Virus record (IMG/VR): IMGVR_UViG_3300045988_175974
Strand: one strand, 5' to 3'
Source of the DNA: a virus
Length of the DNA: 64,000 nucleotides
The notes beneath the pieces were generated by a model. It searched no databases and was not told the DNA's origin. It worked only from the letters and a program-made list of their open reading frames with translations. The translations under genes were made by a program, and so were the position numbers. This document shows positions 18,875 through 28,294 of this stretch, piece after piece (position 1 is the stretch's first letter; each line of letters begins with the position of its first letter).

Positions 18875-19429
18875 TTAAAAACTTATTTTCATTCCACCAT
18901 TGGTGATGAGACTGCCGTAACTGATGGCATTGAGGCGACGGAGCCAGCCTGCCTCAAATTCTTTCTGGCTAGGACGCTTGGCGAAGACGCGTGCGATATA
19001 CTGCTTGCGGCGTGCCTTGATGCGCTCGAAGAACTGCTTAGGGGGCTGTGCATTGAGCGCCTTGAGGGTCTTGCTGCCCACGATACCATCGGCGGTTACT
19101 CCTAGCATTGCCTGCACGAGGGTGATGCCTGGGGTACCACTAAGCCATACCCAATCTACCAGGATATTGGCGATGCTCTGGTCTTTGATAGCATCGGCTT
19201 TCCATCGGTTCCAATAACAGCGGCGAAGGATGGAGATAGCATCGGCTTTGGTGATAAGCTTCACGTCCTTTGCGTCTATGCGGCCATCGTTATTCTTGTC
19301 GTAACCTTGGGTCTGCCAGGTTTTGAGGGTTACGCCCATGTTGGTAGGACCGCCCTTATCGTTTGGGTGGTTCACGTAACCTCCCTCGAAGGAGAGAATG
19401 AAATCTGCAAGAGGTTGAATCTTTGCCAT
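18875..19429 (-). CDS. Endolysin, GH108 muramidase with a peptidoglycan-binding domain
   Basis: FEGGYVNHPNDKGGPTNMGVT is the GH108 N-terminal signature. Length is 184 aa. It has its own late promoter. Confidence 0.8.
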   Translation of the reverse strand: MAKIQPLADFILSFEGGYVNHPNDKGGPTNMGVTLKTWQTQGYDKNNDGRIDAKDVKLITKADAISILRRCYWNRWKADAIKDQSIANILVDWVWLSGTPGITLVQAMLGVTADGIVGSKTLKALNAQPPKQFFERIKARRKQYIARVFAKRPSQKEFEAGWLRRLNAISYGSLITNGGMKISF

Positions 19430-19462
19430 ATCTTTTCTGTTTTATCGTTTTTATTCTGATGG

Positions 19463-19499
19463 CAAAGATAGCAAATGCTAAAAAGATGACGGGGACAAA
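19463..19499 (-). promoter_or_regulatory. Late-type promoter P3 (endolysin)
   Basis: TTTGTCCCCG-N20-TATCTTTG, 25-nt gap, immediately after a terminator. Confidence 0.7.
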
Positions 19500-19538
19500 G
19501 AAAGCCTCCCTGCGGCTTTTACAGGCGCAAAGAGGCTT
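19495..19538 (-). terminator. Intrinsic terminator upstream of P3
   Basis: Minus strand AGCCTCtttgcgcctgtaaaagccgcaggGAGGCT followed by TTCTTTG. Confidence 0.6.
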
Positions 19539-19619
19539 CAAAAAATGTTATCCCAATCTTTTTACTTTAAATACTTGCACTCGCTAGTGCGAAATCCATA
19601 TTACCTATATCAAAACAAA

Positions 19620-20120
19620 CTACATCGTAGCGTGAGCGGACATATAGTCCCATATCTTAGTACAATCGTCTTCTTCGGGTTGCCAGTCAGCATCCTGGAA
19701 ATAGAAGAGATAAGCTGCCTTGATGATTTCATCTTCTGTCATATCGCTGCACAGGTCAGCATACATGGCATTAAAGGCAACATATTTATCCCAATCGTTC
19801 ACCTTTTCACGGAACTTCATGCCCTTGGTGGCATTCACTATCTGCGATTTGGTCCAATGCGCTCCGGATCCTACCAACTCACCATTCTCACCTTTCTTGC
19901 TGTACACAAGATGGCAGACATCATGGTTGGCCATTTTCTCACTGTAATGACGATCATAGAACACTGCGTGCTGGTGACGGAGGATGCACCAGTACAATTC
20001 CGGATTTGTTTCCTCCAGGGAGGCGAGGTCGCAGCTCAACTGCTCCATCGCCTCCATCATCTTCTTCTCAGTAGCCACGCCGTGAGCGCGGGCCTGATCT
20101 ATCAACTGAATATACTTCAT
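19620..20120 (-). CDS. Hypothetical protein (166 aa)
   Basis: Track ORF followed by a terminator. Confidence 0.55.
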   Translation of the reverse strand: MKYIQLIDQARAHGVATEKKMMEAMEQLSCDLASLEETNPELYWCILRHQHAVFYDRHYSEKMANHDVCHLVYSKKGENGELVGSGAHWTKSQIVNATKGMKFREKVNDWDKYVAFNAMYADLCSDMTEDEIIKAAYLFYFQDADWQPEEDDCTKIWDYMSAHATM

Positions 20121-20152
20121 CGTCTCTTACCTTTCCTTTTGTTGGTGGATAG

Positions 20153-20575
20153 TCATGCGATGGTGAGTGTTAACGGAGCATCGCACACGAAAGTCTTGCT
20201 GCAGGAGCAGCAGGCTACCTTGACAAGACGGTTTTTCACGCTGCCAAGAGATGTGGTAACGTTCGTGATTGCCGTAGCAGAGAAGACAGGAATGGTGAAA
20301 TCCTGACTTACTACCTGCGAGCGGGTGCAGCAGGAGCCACAGTTGCAAGGCACGTAACTGATAACACCCTCTACATGAATCGTTATGAGATATTGCGAAG
20401 TACCCACGTTGTCAATACTCTTTACAGAGAACTGAGGGTTGAAAACCGGAGTCTCGTCCACACATGAAGGAGCACAGAGCTGCTGCGTGATATTTACATC
20501 ATAATAGGGAGCAGTGGCGGTTGCACCTACTGCAAGCGTAGCCATGATGCAGGCTGGAATTGTTCTTTTGTTCAT
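20153..20575 (-). CDS. Secreted Cys-rich protein (140 aa)
   Basis: N-terminal signal-like segment MNKRTIPACIMATLAVGATATA, and about 13 Cys residues including CNCGSCC and CCSCS. Confidence 0.5.
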   Translation of the reverse strand: MNKRTIPACIMATLAVGATATAPYYDVNITQQLCAPSCVDETPVFNPQFSVKSIDNVGTSQYLITIHVEGVISYVPCNCGSCCTRSQVVSQDFTIPVFSATAITNVTTSLGSVKNRLVKVACCSCSKTFVCDAPLTLTIA

Positions 20576-20616
20576 AGTCTTTTCTGTTTTAATAGAGCGA
20601 CGACTTCACCGCCGCA

Positions 20617-21039
20617 TTAATGTTTCACCTGATAGCCCTGCGTCTTCTCTACCGGAAGGTTCTTCTGAAGAAGGTCGGCGAGTTCGTCAAGATCCTCCTC
20701 GTCAAAGGTTATCACACCCTCCAGGATAGAGAGCGGTCCTTTGTAGCGAAGCTGCTCTACCACATCGTGCGCCATCTGCGGAATGCTCTCTTCGGGAATG
20801 TTCCCGAAATACTTGGCGAGCATCGGGGTGACAAGCGCATTGACCACAGGCTGAATCATCGGTTCTATATCGGCTTGCAGAGAATAGTTGCCGCTCACCA
20901 GTCCCATGCTGCCGATGGTAGCCTGGAGAGACTGGAGCATAGGCAAGTTCATCAGATTGCCAGCCGCTATCTGAGAGATGGCAGGGCGTGCCCATTCGGA
21001 CACCACCGCTGCCAGGATTTGCGAGTTCTTGTAATCCAT
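20617..21039 (-). CDS. Hypothetical protein (140 aa)
   Basis: Track ORF on the coding strand. Confidence 0.5.
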   Translation of the reverse strand: MDYKNSQILAAVVSEWARPAISQIAAGNLMNLPMLQSLQATIGSMGLVSGNYSLQADIEPMIQPVVNALVTPMLAKYFGNIPEESIPQMAHDVVEQLRYKGPLSILEGVITFDEEDLDELADLLQKNLPVEKTQGYQVKH

Positions 21040-21069
21040 ATCGTTTCTTCCTTTTATCCGAAAATACGG

Positions 21070-21582
21070 TTACTGATTACAAGCGCATCCACATCCCATC
21101 TGACAAACATTGCCCGATGGAATCATCAACTTAGTAACATTCAAAAGTGAAGCCACCTGCGATTTCAGCACGTCGATATTGGCGTTGGCAGCGGCATTGT
21201 ATGCCATCTGCTCTGCGTTGACCGCCTGCTGTGCATCCTTGTTGGCATCCACCTTGTTTTCGAGCTGGCGAATCTTACCGTCAAGATACTGAGTAACCTC
21301 TACCATCTTCTTGTCGGTATAGTTCTCACTCTTCTGGATAGCAAGTTCCGTCTTCAATGTAGAGTTCTCCTGAATAAGGTTGGTCTCACTCTTGGTTACA
21401 AAGCGTGCATCCGGATCACTCGGATTGGCAGTCATGCCATTGTTGCCTCTGCCGAGGTTAAACAAGGATGCACCGCCACCCAGCAAACTGGTAGCCAAAC
21501 CTGCGATACCAAGTCCAAGGGCGGTATTACCCAATCCCTTGCTGGCAACATCATAGTTGCCATCATTCGTTTTTACCTGCAT
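21070..21582 (-). CDS. Membrane-anchored coiled-coil protein (170 aa), spanin-like topology
   Basis: Gly-zipper TM segment GLGNTALGLGIAGLATSLLGGGASLF, then a heptad-rich region, then a C-terminal CQMGCGCAC. Confidence 0.4.
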   Translation of the reverse strand: MQVKTNDGNYDVASKGLGNTALGLGIAGLATSLLGGGASLFNLGRGNNGMTANPSDPDARFVTKSETNLIQENSTLKTELAIQKSENYTDKKMVEVTQYLDGKIRQLENKVDANKDAQQAVNAEQMAYNAAANANIDVLKSQVASLLNVTKLMIPSGNVCQMGCGCACNQ

Positions 21583-21770
21583 AGTTTTTTGTGTTTAAAT
21601 TCTTCCAATATCGGAATCGTATGCAAAGGTAATAGGAATGAAGTAAACAGAAAAGTGATTTTCATTAGATGTTCTTGCGGATAAATCATGAAGCAGGAAC
21701 ACTAATAGACAGATAAGAAAAAGTACAAACGTGCAGAAGTACATAAGTACAAATGTACTTTGGTACCAAA

Positions 21771-22675
21771 TTACATGGTTTCTTCCAAAGCCTTGATATA
21801 CGGGATGGCTTCGTCCCTGATAATGTCGAGAAAGAGTTGTGCAGAACGCTTCATAGGTACATCCTTCATCCAGTGGGCATTGCTCATCAGTTCTTCTCCT
21901 ATGCCCTGGATAGGACGAGCTATAAGGGTAGGGTGATTCTTCAGATACAGCTTCGGCATAAAAGTAACCAGGTGAGTATCTTCTATGATGGCAAGGTCTT
22001 CGTCTGGGTCGCTGACGATACACTTTACGCTTAATTGGTGAGATCGTTCTGCAAATATTGCTGAAAAGTGTTGAAAACACGTTCGCCTACATCGGGCATG
22101 ATGACACCGTGCTTCAGCAGGTCATCGTATGTTACCTTATCTTTCCTGGCAAGAGGGTGTGTGTTTCGCATGATGGCGCAAATACTGAATGGGATGCAGG
22201 GCTGGCTCTCGATGCCCTCGTTGGTATAGGCTTCGTTCATCGTAAAAGCGAGATCCAGTATGTGGTCTCGCAACAGGCGGTTCAGGCTCGTTGCCTTGGA
22301 AAATTCGGCATTCACTCTTACGTTAGGGTATCGCTCCATGAATATAAGTGCAGCCATACGGATATAGGGTGCGATAAAGGAACCGACACCGATGCGCAGT
22401 TCTCCGGTCATGCAGTTGTTGAGTGCATTGATATGCTCCTTGCAGTCTTCCGTCAACTTCAGTATTTCCTTGGCACGTGGCAGAAGAGCCTCCCCGTTCT
22501 CGGTGAGCATGATGCTGTGCGATGTGCGTATCAACAGCTTGCAGCCCAGTTCATCCTCCAGAGCCTTGATGTGCTGACTGATGGCGGATTGGGTGACAAA
22601 ACATCGGGTGGCGGCGATGCTAAAAGAAAGCGTCTCTGCCACATACATAAACGAACGCAAATGTCTTAGTTCCAT
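21771..22675 (-). pseudogene. LysR-family transcriptional regulator, interrupted by one frameshift near 22031-22045
   Basis: The N-terminal wHTH is MELRHLRSFMYVAETLSFSIAATRCFVTQSAISQHIKALEDELG. The 214-aa ORF stops at 22031. The third frame continues as LSVKCIVSDPDEDLAIIEDTHLVTF into the 62-aa ORF 21771..21959. Total length would be ~300 aa, as for intact LysR proteins. Confidence 0.8.
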
Positions 22676-22825
22676 AATCTTCTACTCTTTTAGTTACACT
22701 ATATATATTAAAATTTTATGCTGCAAAAATAAGAAAAATATTCTATGCGGAAACGCATTTTGCATAAAAAAATCTAATTATGGGATAAGATATTAAAAAA
22801 TGAAAGATATTTGCAGTTTTAAATG

Positions 22826-22878
22826 CGAAAAGCCCCGGTATCTTGCCTTATTTTACTAAGGATCAATACCGAGGCTTT
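22826..22878 (-). terminator. Long stem-loop terminator ending the head operon
   Basis: Minus strand AGCCTCGGTAT...CCTTAgtaaaaTAAGG...ATACCGGGGCT followed by TTTTCGCATTT. Confidence 0.6.
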
Positions 22879-23040
22879 GATTTATAGAGTGTAAATTGCC
22901 AATGGAACGCATTGGATAGGTGAGCGATTATTCATCATTCTCGCCAAGCATAGCGGTTTCATCATTGATAGATGCTACCTGCTTGCTCCGCTTAGATGAC
23001 TGCCGGGGAGCGGAATTGGTATCGCTCTTGTCAGTTCCGC

Positions 23041-23619
23041 TTACACTTCCCCCGCTGTGCCTGCACCATTGCAGAGAGAATCCCATCCACTTTCTGGTGC
23101 GGCAATCTCATAACGGCCGAAAGTTGTCGGACTGAGGGAACCGCTCAGTGTAACTACACGATCATCTTCTGGTTTTTTGCCCGTGTCTCCTTTAATATTA
23201 CCGGAGTCGTATTTGAAGTCGTGCTGCTTGTCGTAAACGATGATTGATTTATCACCGTCCTCGATGATATAACCACACTTGAGGTTATTGAGACCACGAG
23301 CCACATAAGCAGTATCGGCATTTACGCTCTCAAGAACGTAGTCCAAGGTCTGCTTGAAACCCTTCTGGAAACCGAGGTTCTCCCAGGTGTGACCCTGACC
23401 GCCATCCTGGCACTCAAACTTGTAGAGACCCTTACCTTTCTTGAAGGACGCAGCAGTCAGCGCTGCATAGGTGTTCTTACCTTTCTCTGGTGAGAGAGGA
23501 GCAGCAAGCTCACTCTTGATAAAGACATATACGTTTACGCCAAGACCGCCGAAATTTTCCAAGCAATCGTTCTCGGAAAGCAAATCCTTGATCTCTGGGC
23601 ATGTTACTGTTTCTGCCAT
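23041..23619 (-). CDS. Hypothetical head-module protein (192 aa)
   Basis: Track ORF directly downstream of the capsid gene, followed by a strong terminator. Confidence 0.5.
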   Translation of the reverse strand: MAETVTCPEIKDLLSENDCLENFGGLGVNVYVFIKSELAAPLSPEKGKNTYAALTAASFKKGKGLYKFECQDGGQGHTWENLGFQKGFKQTLDYVLESVNADTAYVARGLNNLKCGYIIEDGDKSIIVYDKQHDFKYDSGNIKGDTGKKPEDDRVVTLSGSLSPTTFGRYEIAAPESGWDSLCNGAGTAGEV

Positions 23620-23640
23620 AATTGTATCTTTTTTGATGAT

Positions 23641-23692
23641 TAAACGAAATGGCGGCGGAAGCCATATCCCGCCAGGTCAAGCGACCGCCGCC
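23641..23692 (-). terminator. GC-rich stem-loop (attenuator-like) after the capsid gene
   Basis: Minus strand GGCGGCGG-N26-CCGCCGCC followed by ATTTCGTTTAAT. It sits between the capsid gene and the next gene. Confidence 0.5.
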
Positions 23693-23725
23693 GAGGATTT
23701 ATAGAGGACTGCCTTTTTGCCTGTT

Positions 23726-23760
23726 GGACCAGCGATGGAATCGCTGGGAACGGGGGCAGG
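23726..23760 (-). repeat. Hairpin element copy 4
   Basis: ggaCCAGCGATggaATCGCTGGgaacgggggcagg, directly after the capsid gene stop. Confidence 0.95.
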
Positions 23761-23768
23761 GGAGGGGG

Positions 23769-25058
23769 TTAACCCTTCTTGAAGAAGGCGGTGATACCCA
23801 TGCTCATACCGGTGGCGGCGAACTGAATCTTCTTCTCCTTGCTGCCAGTGCTCCAGTGAGAGAATACATCGGTAGTGCCCTCTGCCTCCAGGGTAATAAC
23901 CTGGTTAGGAGTTGTGCCTACTGGCTTAGTGTACTCTACGCCGTTTACCTTCACCTTACCATCGGTAACAGGAGAAGCATCCTCCATTGCGGTTGTTACA
24001 ACAAGGTTAGAATTGGTGTAATCACCAGCTACGTACTCTGCTGTTGCAAGGTTGCCGTCTGACATCGCAAAGGCGTATTTGAACGGATTGCGGATACCTG
24101 CGCCCTGAATTGACTGAATCTGGAACTGGATGTCGCGCATATCGTCATCGGTACCCACCTTAACGCCTACGTAAGTCTTGTTACCCTCAGAGTCAACTGC
24201 ATAGACGAAGTTCTTAGGGATGGTAACGTACATACGATCACCCTCACCGAAATCTGCGATAGGGCAGAGTGTTACACGAGAGAGACCTGGAAGCTTGAAG
24301 TTACCGCCGTCCTCGTACTCAACCTTGAAGTTGCCGTGGAACTTGTTAGCGTAACCTGCAGCGATGTACTGAGCTGTCAACTCGCTCATGTAAACGAGAA
24401 CGTTCTGCTTGCGCAGACGGGCATCCCACTTCAGGTGCCATGCCAGGAAGTTGTCGTATGGAGTAGAGTCGTTGTTGTCAGAAGGCTCTGCGATTGACTC
24501 GCAAGGAATCAAGTTGCCATTAGCCTCGCTGATAAGACCATCCTCGATGTCATGCTTGACACAGGTATGGAAACCGTCATACAACGCCATAGCCTGCTGT
24601 GAAGCTGGAGTGCTCTCATCACCCTTGTCAAGACTGATGTCACCATTCCACAAACAAGCGGTAAGGTTATCGGCATAGTTGGCAAGGATAGCAGTAGCAG
24701 CCTCGGTAGCGAGAGGGTACTGACCCTGAGCGTCTGTACCGAATACCGTTTCGCAGTACTTATCGATGTTATCAGTGTAATGATCCCAGGCGAGCTTAAC
24801 TGTGATTGTACGTTCTTTCAGGAATCCTACCTCGCTGTTCACCTTAGTGTGAACGTCCTTACGGCGGGTGGTACCACCCTTGCGGAGCAGAATATGGATG
24901 GTGCGCTTATACTGAACACCGGAAACGATGTCGATACCCAAGCGGTCCATCTCCTCTGCATCGGTGTAACCTGGACCCATGAGGATTTCCTTAGTTACCT
25001 GCTCGGCTACGTGCTGCAAGGCAGTAGTGCCGATAAAATCTTTAGGAAGTGTTGCCAT
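23769..25058 (-). CDS. Major capsid protein candidate (429 aa)
   Basis: It follows the protease/scaffold gene directly. The size fits. An attenuator hairpin lies downstream. No motif-level proof. Confidence 0.65.
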   Translation of the reverse strand: MATLPKDFIGTTALQHVAEQVTKEILMGPGYTDAEEMDRLGIDIVSGVQYKRTIHILLRKGGTTRRKDVHTKVNSEVGFLKERTITVKLAWDHYTDNIDKYCETVFGTDAQGQYPLATEAATAILANYADNLTACLWNGDISLDKGDESTPASQQAMALYDGFHTCVKHDIEDGLISEANGNLIPCESIAEPSDNNDSTPYDNFLAWHLKWDARLRKQNVLVYMSELTAQYIAAGYANKFHGNFKVEYEDGGNFKLPGLSRVTLCPIADFGEGDRMYVTIPKNFVYAVDSEGNKTYVGVKVGTDDDMRDIQFQIQSIQGAGIRNPFKYAFAMSDGNLATAEYVAGDYTNSNLVVTTAMEDASPVTDGKVKVNGVEYTKPVGTTPNQVITLEAEGTTDVFSHWSTGSKEKKIQFAATGMSMGITAFFKKG

Positions 25059-25135
25059 AATTTCAAATAATAATTAAAAAAATGAATAAGAATGTTTTAA
25101 CCTGAATACTTAGTGTTATCCTGATGCTGGAGGGG

Positions 25136-26689
25136 TTACTCCTCGCCTCGCTTGAAACGCTCGAAAGCTGCCTTGCGCTCTGCATTGGTCTTATACTTCG
25201 ATGGGTCAAACTCACGGAGGTTCTGAGCCTTTGCACCCTCACCGTTGTTCTGAGGTGCTGCGCCCTGTGCTGGCTCCTCACCTGGGTTCTCGTTCAACTC
25301 AGCAATCTGAGCGTCCTTGTCGGCGATGGTCTGCTGGGCAGTAGCGAGTGAAGCCTGGGCAGTCTTCAACTCCTCATCTACCTTAGCCTTCTCCTCATCA
25401 GCCTTTGCCTTAGCGTCGTTGAGGGCTTTGATGTCCTCATCTGCCTTAGCCTTTGCCTCTTTCAGATTCTTGATTTCCTCGTCCTTCTGGGCGATGGTCT
25501 CAGCGAGTGCGTCGTGCTTTGCCTGAAGGTCGGCAAGACTCTGCTCTGCTGTGGTGGCTTTCTGCTTTGCATCAGCCACAACCTGCTCCTGCGATGCGAG
25601 ATGAGCTTCGAGGGTGTCGAGCAATGGGGCATTCATGAATGCGCCTTCCTCCTTCACCTCAATCTGCTGACCATCCTGCATACCGCAAGCGGCATTGATC
25701 TTTGGATAATTTGCCATATTGATTTGATTTTTGGTGTTTGTATGTTGATGATTTTCTTGTGTGCGCTTGATAGGCTCGGCTGCGCCGTTGTAAAGGTCGA
25801 AGCAACGCTTTACGCAAGAGAAGAAATCACTCTGATCATCCATCAGGATTCCCTTCACTTCCTCGGCATCGAATACCTTACCATGAAGGTGCTCATCCTT
25901 TGCAGCAGGACAGGCTTTCTTGATGTCAGCTCTGAACTCCACGCCTAACTCGGCAAGTTCTTTTACCAGCTTCTCGCTATCGCCATCATTGGCAATGTCA
26001 CGGAACTCTCGGTTCTTATCGAAACTCTCAGGGTCGTAAAGCTCGTGATAAGTTTCATCGGTAAACTGATTTTTGCTACCATCGGCCTGCGTATAGAAGG
26101 ATGCCATCACACCGATACAACCGATTTCGTCCTTCGGGTGCATGTAGTAACGCTCATCGCAGAGAGATGCGAGATACATACCTGCCGATGCACACATGCC
26201 ATCGATGAAGGCGATGACTGACTGACCCTGCGAACGGGCATAATTGATAGCCTGCTCATAATCGTTCTTTGCCCAAGCGGAACCTCCAGGAGTGTTGATA
26301 ATGAAGATGTGACCTCGACAGAGGGGATGATTGGCCGCATTGATCATCATGTTGCGATGGTCGATAGAACCATATGAGCAACCGCCACCATTTCGGGTGA
26401 TAGGACCATCGACGGTGAGCACAGAAACAAACGGGAAGGTCTGCTCGTTCTCATCCTCCAATGCCCACTGACCTCTCACTTTCTTTCCATCCTCGGAAAT
26501 CTGATATTCCTCCGGGTAATAGATGGAGCCATCGGCTGCCTTCACGGTTACGAAGCCGCAAGTAGGTGCTGGGCGTTCATATACGGCATGCGCATTCAAA
26601 TTCTGCTCCAATGCCTTTCTAATTCCGTGAACAAAGTCAGGCGAAATCATCCACTTCTTTTCGGTCAGAATTTCATAAAGACCTTTCAT
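25136..26689 (-). CDS. Prohead protease (S49/SppA-ClpP fold) fused to a coiled-coil scaffold domain
   Basis: GGSAW...IAFIDGMCASAGMYLASLCDERYYMHPKDEIGCIGV is an S49 Ser-protease core. The C-terminal ~150 aa are an Ala/Lys/Glu/Asp coiled coil (AKAKADEDIKALNDAKAKADEEKAKVDEELK). Confidence 0.8.
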   Translation of the reverse strand: MKGLYEILTEKKWMISPDFVHGIRKALEQNLNAHAVYERPAPTCGFVTVKAADGSIYYPEEYQISEDGKKVRGQWALEDENEQTFPFVSVLTVDGPITRNGGGCSYGSIDHRNMMINAANHPLCRGHIFIINTPGGSAWAKNDYEQAINYARSQGQSVIAFIDGMCASAGMYLASLCDERYYMHPKDEIGCIGVMASFYTQADGSKNQFTDETYHELYDPESFDKNREFRDIANDGDSEKLVKELAELGVEFRADIKKACPAAKDEHLHGKVFDAEEVKGILMDDQSDFFSCVKRCFDLYNGAAEPIKRTQENHQHTNTKNQINMANYPKINAACGMQDGQQIEVKEEGAFMNAPLLDTLEAHLASQEQVVADAKQKATTAEQSLADLQAKHDALAETIAQKDEEIKNLKEAKAKADEDIKALNDAKAKADEEKAKVDEELKTAQASLATAQQTIADKDAQIAELNENPGEEPAQGAAPQNNGEGAKAQNLREFDPSKYKTNAERKAAFERFKRGEE

Positions 26690-26793
26690 TGTGGGTAATA
26701 GAATTTTAAAAATTAATGTATGTTATCGTTATCCTGAAAACAAATCTCCTTACCTTGTTATTATGCTAGAAGACTATTGATATTTTCTGAGGG

Positions 26794-26830
26794 CAAAGGT
26801 AATGGAAATGCGTGGGCGTATAGGGACAAA
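26794..26830 (-). promoter_or_regulatory. Late-type promoter P4 (protease/scaffold-capsid)
   Basis: TTTGTCCCTA-N20-TACCTTTG, 25-nt gap, immediately after a terminator. Confidence 0.65.
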
Positions 26831-26865
26831 ATAAGCCTATATGCCGAAATAGCTATGATTTAGGG

Positions 26866-26903
26866 GAAAATAAAAACCCTGCGATCCTCACGGACGGCAG
26901 GGC
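26866..26903 (-). terminator. Intrinsic terminator upstream of P4
   Basis: Minus strand CCCTGCcgtccgtgaggatcGCAGGG followed by TTTTTATTTT. Confidence 0.75.
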
Positions 26904-26993
26904 TGAAACTCAAATCTAATTTAACATTATTATGAATATAAGTTTTTTTAAAAAAACTAGAAGATAATTAGATACTGATTTTTCTGTAACTAA

Positions 26994-27482
26994 TTAAGAA
27001 ATCGTTATCGGAATAAACTCCGACATCGCCTGACAGATAGCCGTAATACTACGGGTCTCAGCATCGTTCTGACTGGTTACGGAATCGGTGATACCGAAGG
27101 TGCCAGGCAGCGTATGGCACAGATAAAGCGAGTCATCCTGCTTGCGCAAGACTATATAATAGTCCTTTCCGTGCATATTCTTGATGATTTCGGGTATATT
27201 CCCCTTTCCGTCACGGATATTGGCGGTAATCTCGAACTTGAAGACGGTACCGTTGCCACCTTCCTGGGAAGTCTGCTTGGCGGTGATGGCATCTGCCACC
27301 ACGTAATTATCGCCTTCGCTGGTGGCAATATGGAGTGCTTCGCCGGCAAACCTGCAGCCATTCATCTGCAACACCCGCTGCACAATGAACGGGATAGGAA
27401 GGGAACTTTCCCTTGCAGCATAAAAATAAGCATCGGTTACTCCATCAAGAAATAACTCTCTGCAACTATTTGCTTTTTTCAT
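26994..27482 (-). CDS. Hypothetical protein (162 aa)
   Basis: Track ORF followed by a terminator. Confidence 0.5.
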   Translation of the reverse strand: MKKANSCRELFLDGVTDAYFYAARESSLPIPFIVQRVLQMNGCRFAGEALHIATSEGDNYVVADAITAKQTSQEGGNGTVFKFEITANIRDGKGNIPEIIKNMHGKDYYIVLRKQDDSLYLCHTLPGTFGITDSVTSQNDAETRSITAICQAMSEFIPITIS

Positions 27483-27556
27483 ATCTTTTCCTTGATTTAT
27501 CTATTATTTAACGTTTATTATATTATGAATTAACACCTATTATATAAGGTGTAAAA

Positions 27557-28288
27557 TCATAGCCACTGCACTTCATCGATGCGATTGGGCTTATCACGGC
27601 TATCTTTATACTGCATATCCACACAGGAATAGCTCTTGAAGAAGCAGTGCTCCGTGCGGAACCATCTGCCGATGATGCGGCGCAATACGTCTTTCTCTTC
27701 CTCGCTGGCTTCTATACCATATCGCATTAAGTACCGCTCCAGCATGGCATTATGGGAGCGGGCGATAACCCTGCCTTTGGACGTACAAAAGTCGAAGGTG
27801 GATAGCGACCATTCTACGAGGCTGCGCTTGAAATCGTTGTTGAGTGAGACCGCCAGCGCACGCATTCCGTTCATATCGAGTGTAAAGGTAGGCTTTACGG
27901 AATAAACGGTATCGACAATCTCTACTTCGCTGGGTAAGCGGATGCAGAGGTAATCATCATTGGCTCCCTTGCCGTCGGTCAGGCGACCGTTGAGCTGCTG
28001 AACCTCTCGGAAGGTGAGCCAGCTTCCGGCATCACGGCGCATCATCACCTTGCCTCCGGCAGGGTGCCTGCCCGTGAGCATATTGCACCATTGCTGCTGG
28101 GAGAAACAGCCGAGGTCGATACGGCTGCTGCGGGCTGGGGCATTGATGAGGGAGTTGCGCATGATGAAGTGCTCGTGCGAGTAGTTACTGAACACTACCG
28201 GCTCATCCTTTGCCAGGGTGAGCTTGGGATCGCGGTGCCGGAAGAACTGGCAGCGGGAGGTGGGGAGACGGAGATAGATATTTGGCAT
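27557..28288 (-). CDS. Hypothetical protein (243 aa)
   Basis: Track ORF on the coding strand. Confidence 0.55.
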   Translation of the reverse strand: MPNIYLRLPTSRCQFFRHRDPKLTLAKDEPVVFSNYSHEHFIMRNSLINAPARSSRIDLGCFSQQQWCNMLTGRHPAGGKVMMRRDAGSWLTFREVQQLNGRLTDGKGANDDYLCIRLPSEVEIVDTVYSVKPTFTLDMNGMRALAVSLNNDFKRSLVEWSLSTFDFCTSKGRVIARSHNAMLERYLMRYGIEASEEEKDVLRRIIGRWFRTEHCFFKSYSCVDMQYKDSRDKPNRIDEVQWL

Positions 28289-28294
28289 TTTTTA

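Noticed and set aside
21595-22080. The 161-aa track ORF (MFSTLFSNICRTISPIKRKVYRQRPRRRP...) might have been a gene.
   Set aside because: It is an out-of-frame read across the LysR frameshift region with Arg/Pro-rich junk composition. The third frame there continues the LysR sequence.
21771-22675. The LysR gene might have marked a prophage-host junction.
   Set aside because: Phage-type genes, late promoters and the hairpin element continue on both sides. No integrase or att-like repeat is visible in the window.
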